From Bilabrum cf. latius (lineage: Eukaryota): 64,000 nucleotides of DNA. The stretch lies in assembly GCA_965178125.1 (NCBI GenBank), contig OZ237735.1:682001-746000 (forward strand), in the 5' to 3' direction. Position 1 is the stretch's first letter. The number at the start of each line of letters is the position of its first letter. Positions 49,872 to 61,300 of this stretch are shown here, piece by piece. Under the pieces are notes generated by a model. It was given only the letters and a program-made list of their open reading frames with translations. It was not told the origin of the DNA and did not search any database. The position numbers and the translations under genes were made by a program.

Positions 49872-51089
49872 TCAAACATTGCTTTCTTGGTGATAGTCCA
49901 AGGTACCGTTAATCCCAAAAGACCCCGGTAAACCTAAACCACTTCGTAGTGCCTCCAATCGCGGGCATCCGGGCTGCTCGCAGAAATGCCAGTAGGTGAT
50001 GTCGTGCTTCTGGAACGACAGCCCAGTGCTGCCAGTGAAGCCAGCCCAGGCCTGCCCCTGGGCCAGATTGAGCGCCTCATGGATCGCAATTGGGAACGCA
50101 ATCACCGCATCCTGGTCGTCCATCCTATCCAGCCACACTGCCATCGTTCCAATCCGCCGGTTTTCCCCCCCGTCACGCAGCAGGGGAAGGAGAGCAGGTT
50201 GGGCGGAAAACCTAGGAAGCAGGTCCTGCCTGACAGCGGGGTAGTACGCTATCTTCACGCGGTGCTCCCGGCCATCTCCCAGCGAGGCGATGGCTGGTAC
50301 TGCAATGCGGTGCACCTCACCCTGCCCCACAGGCTGCCCCAGCCGCGCGGGACCCGACGACTGCACCGACATGTGGTCCTGGATCACGTCACCGTGGTCG
50401 GGGTTGTAAAACATGTCAAACTCGAGAACCAGCGCGGTCCGAATGCCTGCGTAGCCCAATCCATCCCCACCCTGCCCGATCGTAGCCGTCCCGTTCGGGT
50501 CCGTGTGCAGGACAAACGCGAACCCATCCGCTCCGTGCGTGGAGCACGACTTGTACAGGCCTGTGCCGTACGCCACGTCTCGGACTCTAGTGCACTTCCT
50601 GGAATGATCGGTCACCTGGAACTTAAACTCTGTCTCGAAGCCATCCAGCACCAGCAGCCTCTCCGATCTCCACACCGCCCCGCGCTGGAAGGGCATCGAG
50701 GCCGTGATTCGAAGCCTGTTTGCGCACGTCCGAGGGTCCTGCGAATCTTGGGCCTCCGGCCGGTGGCCAAAGGACGCCGAGGTTTCAGATATACTATCCG
50801 CCTCTGGGTCGGCTTTGGCTGTCATAATGTCAGTGGATTCTATTGTCGACGTCGTCTCTTCGAGAACCTCTGGCACCGAAGTCCCATCATCGATTGGGTC
50901 GTTTGTGCCGTGCCGCGGCTAGTATGAAAATGGAAATCCTGAATCACAGCTTGTCGTTGCAGATCTGCCTACAAACATTAAGCCAGTTGTATCATTGAAG
51001 TCGTTGTACAGAAAATCAGCATTGCCGACCGTCGCAAGCAAACTTGCCAACACCAGGCACCGTCGGGAGCAGCCACTCAGGGGCCGCAT
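49872..51089 (-). CDS. secreted legume (L-type) lectin domain protein (about 405 aa)
   Basis: Signal peptide followed by FLYNDF; motifs GAVW, GFETEFKF, GADGFAFVL, GLGYAG, VLEFD and AWAGFTGSTG. One in-frame TAG at 50919; TGA at 49872. Confidence 0.85.
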
Positions 51090-51273
51090 CGAAATTCTAA
51101 CAAGAAACAGAAAACTACGTTATGGTAGGCGCCCGGCAATCAAGCTGTAAATTATAATAGGATACTTTTCATGCGTTGCATTACAATGTCTTCATCTTCA
51201 TCAATGGCTTAGGCTGGCTGCCGAGTTCCGTCGATCAATGCATCGCTTCATGCACGCAATAATTCAGCTTTTG

Positions 51274-52861
51274 TCACTCTTTCTGCTTTCGACGACTGGA
51301 AGCGCGCCGCCTGCCGACTCCAAGGCTACCGTGTCGCGGTGCATCCTCGGCAGCCTCTGCCTCACCCGACTCCTGCTCCTTCGATTCATGACAATCGGTC
51401 TAAGCCCTGTCGGACTCAACAACCTTCACCCCATCCAGTCTCAACTTGGAGCCCCCACATGCAGAAGCAGTACCACCTGTCCTGTAATGCAGCGAGGCGC
51501 CAAGAACCGCAGCCACGCCGGCCACGAACACAAGCGACGGCCACTCGCCGCGGATGCACTGCACTGCGGCAATCCCCACGACTGTAGACGCAGTCGTTGC
51601 CATGTTCTTGGCCATGGATGACGTGTACCGCGTGACAAGTGACACCAGGATGCCCCCAGCCGCCAGCAGCACCACAAAGGCCCACTCCACGGTCGACATG
51701 CCCTGGGCGTGGCTAGCCACCCCCTCGAGCGCTCCCAGGACCGGTTCCACCAGCCGGGCGGGAGTGTCCATGCCTGTACCAGCCAAACGCATGCCCTCCC
51801 CTGCCCCTCTATGCTCTTGCGCTGCAATGGGTTGCACCCTGGAGGAGTCCCTGTAGAGAAGCCCAGCGAGCCCGAACAGGATCCCATACAAGGACAGCTG
51901 CACGTTCCTGGTCCAGATCCCGACTGGCTCAGCAGCTTCAGCTTCAACCGTTGCTGGCTCTGTACATTCCATCTCTATGCTAGTTTGCTGCTCTGATTCT
52001 CCCTTGGAATCGGCTGGAGGTCGCCCAACGTCAGTCTGCCCCTGCTGCTTCGACTTGGACTTGAACATGGTCTCGAGGAAGACCCCGTTGAACCCGCTCA
52101 GGCTGCTCGCCGCCAGGCTGGCCACGAGCCCAACCGCAGCTACCAGCCAGTCGGGGTTCAGGTCCGGCGATCGGTTGTCTTGCTCGGACCGGATGGATCC
52201 GACGAGCTGCGCCCCTTCGACGTCACTTGCGTCCGCTGCCTCGCCTTCCTGCACGACGCGCACCAGCCCTTCGCTTCTGCCACGAGGCTCGACTGCCGAG
52301 GCTCGTGAAGCAGCATCGAATTGTACAAGGGCTGCTCCGGCCATCAAGACGCCTAATGCAACCCACTGTGGCATTTTGAGCCTCCTGCCAAGTATGCAAT
52401 AGGAAAACAGTGCGGTCCACAGAAGTTTGACCTGCTACAACACTTGTACGACAGATGCAGGGAGCCGGCTTGCTGATATGAATACCAAATTATTCTGCGC
52501 GCACAAAAACTTCAAGTTTTATCGAGATAAGCTCAGTGCCTACGTATAACGAGACATTCGGCAGTGGTTGCAGCATTTGCCTTACCTGCAGGACAAACAG
52601 AAATCCAGGCAGGAGCATCCATCCTGCCTAGTTCGTAATTGTATTTTTAATCTTGTTCCATGACAAGGTCACTCGATGCAGCTTCATGTCGAGCACTGCG
52701 CTGCAGGGCAGCGATATAACTAGCTTGAGCATTTCCACTGCAACGACGAGCCGCACGCCGTCAAAGGACCGCTCTTTTCGGCTTAACTCCAGAATAATGC
52801 ATTGAAGAATACCCTATAATAACAAGAGTGCTATACTTAGAGTGCCACGCTAGTCAGTCAT
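51274..52861 (-). CDS. SLC35A-family nucleotide-sugar (UDP-Gal/CMP-Sia type) transporter; intron 52495-52585
   Basis: Reads IALLLL*GIL, VEMLKL, PGFLFVLQNNL, QVL*QVKLLWTALFS, QWVALGVL, SGFNGVFLE and WTRNVQL. TGA at 51274-51276. Confidence 0.85.
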
Positions 52862-53049
52862 CGTGGTTCAGCCAAAGATGCTCCAAACGACGAGCCACGG
52901 AAATGATGCCGACCGAACCGCTCTCGAACGAACCTTCTCCGCTACACCGGTGGCAAATCCGGATCCGATCCGCACGAGACGCTGCGAGGGTACGTCTTCC
53001 CTGCCGCGGCAAGAAGAGGCATCGGATGCAGAGACTCCCCCTGCCACGC

Positions 53050-56000
53050 TCAGGCGAAGAGCGCGTCCACCGGCCCGTAGGTCTGGGGGTAATCCCCATC
53101 GATAAAGTGCCACTCGTCCTGGAAAAAGTAAACGCCGGCCAGCAGGGTGTCGATCGCCGCCTCGGCCTTGGGCCCCAGGTCCACCGCCACGAAGCTCGAC
53201 TTGCCCTGGAACGTGTCCCCACCCGTCTCCTCGTAGCTCACGATGAAGTACGACCCGAGCGCCGGGAGGTGCAGGGTCTCGGGCAGGTGTACATAGGCCA
53301 TCCCGTCGGCCCTCAAGGTTGGGCTCCCCTGCTGGCAGGCGGTGGCCATGTCGATGATCGCGCTGCCAAGCAGCTCCACCCTGCCGCCTTCCCCTCTGTT
53401 GTCTCTGAACACAGACAGGGTGTGCGAGTGGTTCGCGATCGACCCGCAGTACCTTCCCAGGGACGCGACCTCGAGATCCTAGACAGTGTGGAACTGCATG
53501 CCCACGAATCCATCGAACGTGTTGCGCTCCGTCGTCATCGTGTAGCTGTGCAGCATGGCGTTCTCCGTGGAGAGAGTCTCCCCTGCAATCTCGAGATCGT
53601 CAAACAGACTGTAGTGCCACCCCGAGCGATAGCCCACCAGCCCCTGCGCTGGCGCGCCCTGCGACAGGTCCAGCAAGACGTTCGAGGCCACCACGGTACC
53701 GCCCACCTTGGCCTGCAGAACCGCATGCGCGCCCACGTCGAGGACAAGGTCGGTCCAAGTGGACAGACTGACTCCGCTGGGGCACGAGCCACCGGCCAGG
53801 TAAACGGGTGCCGGGTCGTCCCCGCTCTGAGAGCCGAACCCGAGCTCCCACTCGCACGCGGCCCCGGAGCCCAACAGGCCCGTGCCCACGAGCAGATACA
53901 CCCCCTGCCCGTAGCGCTTGGACACGCGGCTCTGGATCCCCGCAAAAGTCGCGTTGAAGAGCGACTGGCCCAGGACCTCGCCCTCGCTCTGGGCGCGTCT
54001 CTGCCTCCAGTCCGACCTCAGTGGCAGCACGCTCTCGGCCTCTTCCTCAAGCCCTTTTGTGAGGGCGAGGCGCTCCCACGCGACCCCAGTGCGGTGCTTG
54101 GCCGCGGGATCGACCCCCAGCACTGCCAGCGCGTGCTCGGACAGGTGGGACGCGGGCACGGGGCCCTTCACGAGCACCCGGGCGGACATGTTCACCTAGC
54201 GCCAATTGCCGTCGCCCAGCGCCGTCGTGGGCTGCGGCTCGTTCCGAACCCAGGCGTTGCTGCCGGGGTCCACGGGCTGTGCCTGCAGCAGCACCTGGTT
54301 GCCGGCATCGAAGGGGTCAATCCCCTCGGCCACCTCGAAGCTGCCCCCGTTGTCGGCGTGGTATCTCCCGGGCCTAGGGGCGGCGGTGGACTCGTAGTCG
54401 TCGGAGTAGGGCAGCTGCCAGTGGCCTGAGGCAGGCACGGGTCCTGCCGAGCCCTTGGCCTGGCCCGTGGTGGTGGTGATGGTCATGATGGTGTCCCTGG
54501 GCAGGTGAACAGTGAAGGTGCCGTCCTGCGCGGGCTGGATGTCGGGCATCTGGATGAACTGGTCCGTCGAATTGGTGAGCCAGACGTGCAGCGGCCTGCC
54601 AGACTTCAGCGGTTCCTCGAGGCGCACGGTCACGTCCTCGGCCGTGGTGCTCGGCACCTTGCAGCGGAGGCAGTCGCCCTCTAGCTTCTCCAATACGAGG
54701 GTGAAGTCGCCCTGCGACAGAGAGGCCGTCTCCACCCTCGTCTCCAAGGGCTTCTTGTTGTTCCCTGTCCCTGCGCTGGCGCGCAGATGGGCGCCCGTTC
54801 CCTCGATCCCGTCTCGGTCCTGGTCCTGGTCTCTCGAGTCCGGTGGGATCATCGCCACGTAGGAGCCGCCCCCGGGCAGCATCCCGATCGATGGCCGCTC
54901 GAGGTACCTCCAGCCCGGCTGCGCGAACTGGGTCGTGTGAGCAGTGGTCCAGATGGCGGCGTTGACTTCGTAGTGCCCCGTGCGCGGCTGGAAGGCATAC
55001 ATGAGGCCGTTCCCGTAGTAGATCTCAGTGCTGTACACGCTCCAGATCGTGGACCACGAGATGGTGGAAGTAGCGTTCAGTTTCACCATGTTCTGGTTAA
55101 GCGACCGTCCCCAGCAGCCGGCTCCCTCCCAGGTCGCGACAGTGCTGTAGTCCTCGTTGGCCCAGTACTTCTTGCCCGCCGCGATCACCTCGGGCTCTGC
55201 TCGCTCGCAGGGGTAGTGGCGGCCGAGTGCGCCCAGCGCGTCCCTGTAGGTGGCGTTGGTCGTGAGTGCCGTGAGCTAGTCTGCGGGGATGCCACCGTCC
55301 GCTCCAACAATGGTAGTGTGCTGCAGGCCGGCCTCATCGAGGGCGCGGCGCAGCTTGACTGCGAAGTCTGTCATGGAGGTCATGTCGTAGGAGATCCCTC
55401 CCCATGCACGCTCATTCCAGATCCCAGTGTAGTCCGCGACGATCCCGTACTCATTCTTCGCCCCGAGGGCGAAATCGACTTGGTATTGAACATTCTCGTC
55501 CGAAAAGTACGTGGGGCCAGCTCCATTCACGTCACCCACCCAGCCTGCGATCAGTGAGGCAGCCAAACACACACCAAGTAAACACACAGTGAGGACTCAA
55601 AATAATGGTCGCTGGAAACTCAAAATGCTCAGCTTCGTATGAATTGCGGCGAAAGGTGGGGTGCGCGTCATCAATCGGTAAGCGAGTTGTTGTGCTCAAG
55701 GTGGGAACGTCCAGCATGTTGACCCCGGTCGTCGATTCGGCTGTCAATGATAGCCACCATCGCGGAAGTATGCGCTCGGCTGAAGGTGTTCGGCTTCGAG
55801 CCGATCGTCGTGAGCTCTCGTGCCAGTGGGTGCCAAACAAAAACTAGCCAGCCGACAATGCCTTACCTGGCACACCCCAACTCAAGAAGTACGTCAACAC
55901 GTTTGGGTTCCGCTTCTTGGCTTCGGCCATCATCCAGTACTCGTACCCTCGTGAGAAGTTAAGGTCATGTCGGGTATGCTTAAAGCAAGATTCAGTGCCA

Positions 56001-56254
56001 TCCGTACTCTGCACATCCCCCCCATTTTCATGCTTTGTAATGTGCAGCGAGGCTCCAAAATTTGGTTTGTATAGATAGTCGAGGATCTCGTTGCGCTGCT
56101 GCTCTGGATAGTCGTAGAGCAGTCGACTCGAAGCCCCAGCGGAAAGTCCGCCGTGGCCATCGTACTCGAACTGACCGGCAGTACCAGACAACGATATATC
56201 TGCACAATATGATAGTGGGAGCAGTGCAATCACGCCGACAAGGAGAGACCGCAT
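53050..56254 (-). CDS. GH59 galactosylceramidase-like glycoside hydrolase, secreted, with C-terminal extra modules; intron 55545-55866
   Basis: Motifs [64 protein letters not shown] (across the intron), GIWNER and [12 protein letters not shown] at 53050. Confidence 0.9.
55680..55833 (+). pseudogene. decayed 5' fragment of glutamate 5-kinase (ProB/PRO1-like), antisense inside the GH59 intron
   Basis: Reads [15 protein letters not shown], then a frameshift, then [30 protein letters not shown]. This matches the G5K N-terminus (xVxKxGTSSL...GxxVxxVSSGA) and is truncated afterwards. Confidence 0.7.
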
Positions 56255-56391
56255 GCTGTCTAACGCGCGAAAAGGGTGTCAAGATGCCGCGATCCTGCCG
56301 CTGGTGCGGAACCAATACTGTTGTCGCCGCGCAAACGGCAGCTTCCCCTTCAATTTTCTTTCCAACGAGCAAGCCATTCACCACAAGAACA

Positions 56392-58143
56392 TTACTGTCC
56401 ACGACCCCTGCTATTGCCCCTTCCCCTCCCTCTTCCACGACCTCGCCCTCGTCCCCGTCCCCGTCCCCGTCCTCGCCCGCGCCCCCCACCCCGTTCAGAC
56501 CGCGACTCAGAGGGCCCCGCATCCCCACGACCCCCGGCTGCCTTGCCGCCCTCTTGGCCCTTCTCCTTCGCCCCTATCCCAACGTTACCGCCACCGCGAT
56601 CCCGCCCTCTGCCTCGCTCACGCCCTCTGCCCCTGTCTCTGCCCCTGTCTCTGCCCCTGCCCCTGCCCCTGCTCCTGCCGTGGCCAGGTTCATCGTCACC
56701 GGCTGGGACCTGTGGAGGCCCGGCCCCACGCGGCGCACGGGGCCGGGCACTACCACCTGCTGCACTCTTTCGTGCCGCCGCACCACCCGTAGGCTGGGAA
56801 GCACCCGCACCGCCATGCGGTGCACCGGCTCCAGACCCCTTCGCAGCCGCCGCCGCGTTGGCTGCCTGGACTTCGCTCCAGCTCTGCGCTGCGCTGCTGG
56901 GTCCTGCCTAGCTCTGAGCCTTCTTTACCTCCCCCCAGCTCCGAGTAGTGCGCTCTTTGTTGCCCCTACCCCCTACAGAGTCAGTCTCCTTGTTCCCAGC
57001 GGCTCTGCGCCGTGCAGCAGCCGCTGCTCCTCCCGTTTCACTACCGGTGGCTACAGCCACGGCTCCGCGGCCCCCTCGCCCCTCCCCTTGCCTGCCCGTC
57101 CTACCCACCCTCGCTCTCGCGCCGCCAGTCTTGCCCTCATCGTGAGACCGATTAAGTGTCTGCTTGGGGGCCTTTTCACTAAGCTTCGATTGGACCGCCT
57201 GCGAGCTCACCAGCGTGCCGCCCTGTCGCCAGCCTCCGCTTCCCCCGCCGCTGCCGCCAGTAGCGGGGCCCCCGCCCTTGTGCCGCGCGTTAGCCCCGCC
57301 AGTAGCAGATCCCAAGTCTGACCCCGCTTGCTTGCGAATAGGAGCTCCCCAGCCTGTTCGAGCCTTGGCCGCAGCCCCGCCCGTGGCACCTCCACTTCCT
57401 GCAAGAGGACGTTTCGCTCCGGCTGCTCTAGAACTGTCCGAAAACACCATGACTCCTTTCTTTGGCTGGGCCCGCGCTGGCCGCCCGTGGCGATTACGAC
57501 TGTCTTGCTTCATCTGTCGCTTGCCCTTGGATCGCCCGCCTGGACTGGAGGCGGCCCTCAACTCGTCTACAAGCAACGCTGTCCGGCGCTGGGCAGGGGG
57601 GCTGCCCTGTCCCTCACTTGGGGACTTCTTCTTTGGCAGCAAACCCTCCAGCGGGATGAAATCGACAGCATACCCGCCGCCTTCCAAAAACTTCATGAAC
57701 TTTGCGTACTCTGGGGCTCGCTCCAACGTCCCTGCGAATGGGTTGTGCTGCTGTTCGGTTCGAAACGACAGCACTGGAGGTGGTTGCAGACTAGGCGGAA
57801 TCTGTAGCGCCAGCTGCCTTTCCTGTCCTTGCATAGTCGTAAATTTTGACCGCTGAATCGCGTGCACGACACGGGACAGGTCATCTCGATTGATCCTGAC
57901 AGCTGCGGTTGTGTTGATGTTTGCTGGCGTCAATACGCGCTTACCAACGGTGGACACGTCGCCTCCACGCAGTACATGCAACAATCGAACAGCTATACCA
58001 GATTGGCGTAGGGTGATTCTTAAGTATTCTTCAATATCACTATCATTCGCCACACCAGGGATGCCTTGCAGCCAAACCTTAATGCCGGTTGCTACAGACT
58101 TGGACGGGCGCTCTGATCGACGGGCTGGTCGCGTACCAGCCAT
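56392..58143 (-). CDS. UPF3/Smg4-like nonsense-mediated decay factor with RG-rich C-terminal tail (about 583 aa)
   Basis: RRM-like N-terminus (IKVWLQGIP...KFTTMQGQERQLALQIPP) followed by AGTLERAPEYAKFMKFLE, resembling the UPF3 GTIExDPEYxxF motif. Reads through TAG 56908 into (RG)n; TAA at 56392-56394. Confidence 0.65.
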
Positions 58144-58312
58144 TAATTCTGCAGGATTTTGAAGTCCCTCCGTTCACAATGATCAAAATGGCGTGTGCGA
58201 GGCGATTAGCTCCGCTCAGGCGAAATGTCACTCGTCACGCCGGCCGTCGCAAACAAAGCGCAAATGCTAGTCGAATAACCACGACATAAAGGGCAACCCG
58301 CATAAGAGGGCT

Positions 58313-61300
58313 TTATGCCTGCATGCTACGGCGTAGCTCAGCCACAGCGGCCTCAGCCTCAGAGATCTCGTCCCCACTGGCAGCTCCCACCTCCCCATCG
58401 CCGGCCTTCGCCTCCCCATCGCCGGCCTTCGCCTCCCCATCGCCAGCCTTCGCCTCCCCATCGCCGGCCTTCGCCTCCCCATCGCCAGCCTTCGCCTTCC
58501 CATCGCCGGCCTTCGCCTCCCCATCGCCGGCCTTCGCCTCCCCATCGCCGGCCTTCGCCTCCCCATCGCCAGCCTTCGCCTCCCCATCGCCGGCCTTCGC
58601 CTCCCCATCGCCGGCCTTCGCCTCCCCATCGCCAGCCTTCGCCTTCCCATCGCCGGCCTTCGCCTCCCCATCGCCGGCCTTCGCCTCCCCATCGCCGGCC
58701 TTCGCCTCCCCATCGCCGGCCTTCGCCTCCCCATCGCCAGCCTTCGCCTCCCCATCGCCGGCCTTCACCTTCCCATCGCCAGCCTCCGCCTTCCCATCGT
58801 CGGCCTCGTACTCCACTGATTTTCCGCTAGCATCTGGTCCAGAATCAGGACCAAGCTGCAGATTCATGTTGCTAGCAGAGTGCCGCAGCACCTGTTCTAC
58901 GTGGCTGACAGCATCAGACGGCAGGTTGTGCTGCTGCGCGAACATCTCGGCCAGCGACTTGGCCGAATCGCCCCTGCGAATGACCACCTCAGCCACCTGA
59001 TCCTCCGATATCTCCACTTCAACAATGGCTTCATCAGCCTCAGCCTCCCCATCGCCGGCCTCGTACTCCACTGATTTTCCGCTAGCATCTGGTCCAGAAT
59101 CAGGACCAAGCTGCAGATTCATGTTGCTAGCAGAGTGCCGCAGCACCTGTTCTACGTGGCTGACAGCATCAGACGGTAGGTTGTGCTGCTGAGCGAACAT
59201 CTCGGCCAGCGACTTGGCCGAATCGCCCCTGCGAATGACCACCTCAGCCACCTGATCCTCCGATATCTCCACTTCAACAATGGCTTCATCAGCCTCAGCC
59301 TCCCCATCGCCAGCCTTCGCCTCCCCATCGCCGGCCTTCGCCTCCCCATCGCCAGCCTTCGCCTCCCCATCGCCAGCCTTCGCCTCCCCATCGCCAGCCT
59401 TCGCCTCCCCATCGCCGGCCTTCGCCTCCCCATCGCCAGCCTTCGCCTCCCCATCGCCGGCCTTCGTCTCACTGCCTCCAGAGGGAAGCAAGTCGTCTAG
59501 ATTACCACTGCCGTTCGGTAGATGCACAGCAATCTCTTCATCTGCCTCCTCCTCGTCCTCATCATTAATGGCACCATCCTCTTGCACCTGCTTCTCATTG
59601 CCGCCCGGAGCAGAATCAGGACCCAGCTGCAGATTCATGTTGCTTGCAGAGTGCCGCAGCACCTGTTCTACCAGCCCAGCAGCATCAGACGGCAGGTTGT
59701 GCTGCTAGGTGAACATCTCGGCCAGTGACTTGGCCGAATCGCCCCTGCGAACGACCACCTCGGCCACCTTGTCCTCCGATATCTCCACCTCAACGATGGC
59801 CTCGTCCAGCCCATCGTCTTGTGCAGGCTTCGCTTCACCGGCCGCGCCAGAGGACTCCTGCGAAGGCGCACCGTCAGCCATTTCACCGGGGGTCGCAGAG
59901 CTCGCGTCGCCAGTCGGCTGCTGTGCTCTGTCCGCTGCTTGTGCGGGCTCCGCATTGCCCGGGCCAGAGCTCCCAGCTTCGGCCGGCTCTGAAGCACCCG
60001 AGGACATAGCACCCCCGCTGTTCCCAGCACCAGTCGCCTGATCCGTGTCATCGGTCATGGTGCCAGTGACAATCCCAGAGTCTTGCAGCACGGAGGAGGG
60101 CGAGCTTGGCTTGGTGGGCCCCACGTTGTCGGAAGAGACATCTGTGTCGAGCGATCGAAGCCCGACCCGCCCCGTAGCTTTGGATTCTGATTTCGACGCT
60201 GCCGGGCTACTCTTTGTAGATTCGCGTGCTCCGCTCGGCGGAGTGTCTTCCAGCGTCCGAACTGCGCCGCTTGCAGCCGACTTGGCGTCGAACTGGCCTC
60301 TGGGCTCGCTGCCTGCGAACGAAGCGACCTCGTTGAGGAAGTCCTGCAGCTCGTTGCCTGTCTCCCCGTGGTCTACTGGGGAAGGCACGTGCGGCAGGCG
60401 ATCTTCCACTGGCGGTGGCGTGCGGCGCCGGGAGCCTGCTCTCTGCAGCGGCTCTGCTTGCCGTGCGGGGGCATCTCGACCTCGACCTCGCTCTTTCGGC
60501 TCGCGCGGGGGTGGCGCTTGCCTGCGTGGTGGTGGTGCTTGCGGCGGAATGCTTCCTCTCGTCGGCCTGCTCTTGGCGTTAGATCGGCCCTTGTTCCCCA
60601 AGGGAGATGCATGGGGCACTCTGTCGCCTGAGGGGCCCTTCTGCGCGCCGAAACGGGACGGAGCTCCCGTCGATTTCGTCCCCGCCTCGCTTCGTCTCGC
60701 TGGCTTGTTGCCCTTGCGCCGTCCGGCACCCGCGCCCAAGCCAGTGTCTACTTTCGACCTGGCCCCTTCGATGCTGGCGCGCCGCTTGCGCTGCGACTTC
60801 TTCCCGAGGCTCGCCTCCAGCTCTGCCTTCCTCTGCCGCTTGCCCTGCTCGATCGACATCCTCCGCTTGCGCCGTGGCCGTCCACCAGACCGACCGTCGC
60901 CCGCCACGTCACGGTCTGCCGAATCACCCCCTGGGCCGTCCAGGCCCGAAAACCTCGACTTCCTGGCAGAAGCACCCGACTTGGACCCGCCACGAGCACC
61001 CGACGATCCCGCCGCATCGACCTTAAGAGGCGAGTGGTCAATCCTTGACGTCGAGAGCAGGCCGGTCGTGCCCCGGCCCTGCTGCCTCTCGTCGGCGTGA
61101 GCGAGTGCGGCTCGGGCCTCCGCCTTGCGAGCATTCGCCATAGCGCGGCGTGCCGAGTCGGCCGCGACTTGCACTGCGACCTCGACCTTGTACCGACGCC
61201 ACGCAGCGGCTTTAGCCTGCGCGGCTTGCCGCCTTCTGTCCGAGGCTAGAATGGCTCGCTCTCTGTCTTTTTGCTCGCGTGCGCGCTACTTGGCCTCCTG

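Noticed and set aside
52828-54429. Long antisense ORFs (also 33338-34580 minus, 29911-31199 minus, 56062-57321 plus, 60045-61100 plus)
   Set aside because: They are shadows of GC-rich or repetitive coding sequence on the opposite strand, with no recognisable motifs.
58390-59466. CRISPR, telomeric or satellite array
   Set aside because: These are head-to-tail 21-bp in-frame coding repeats inside a gene.
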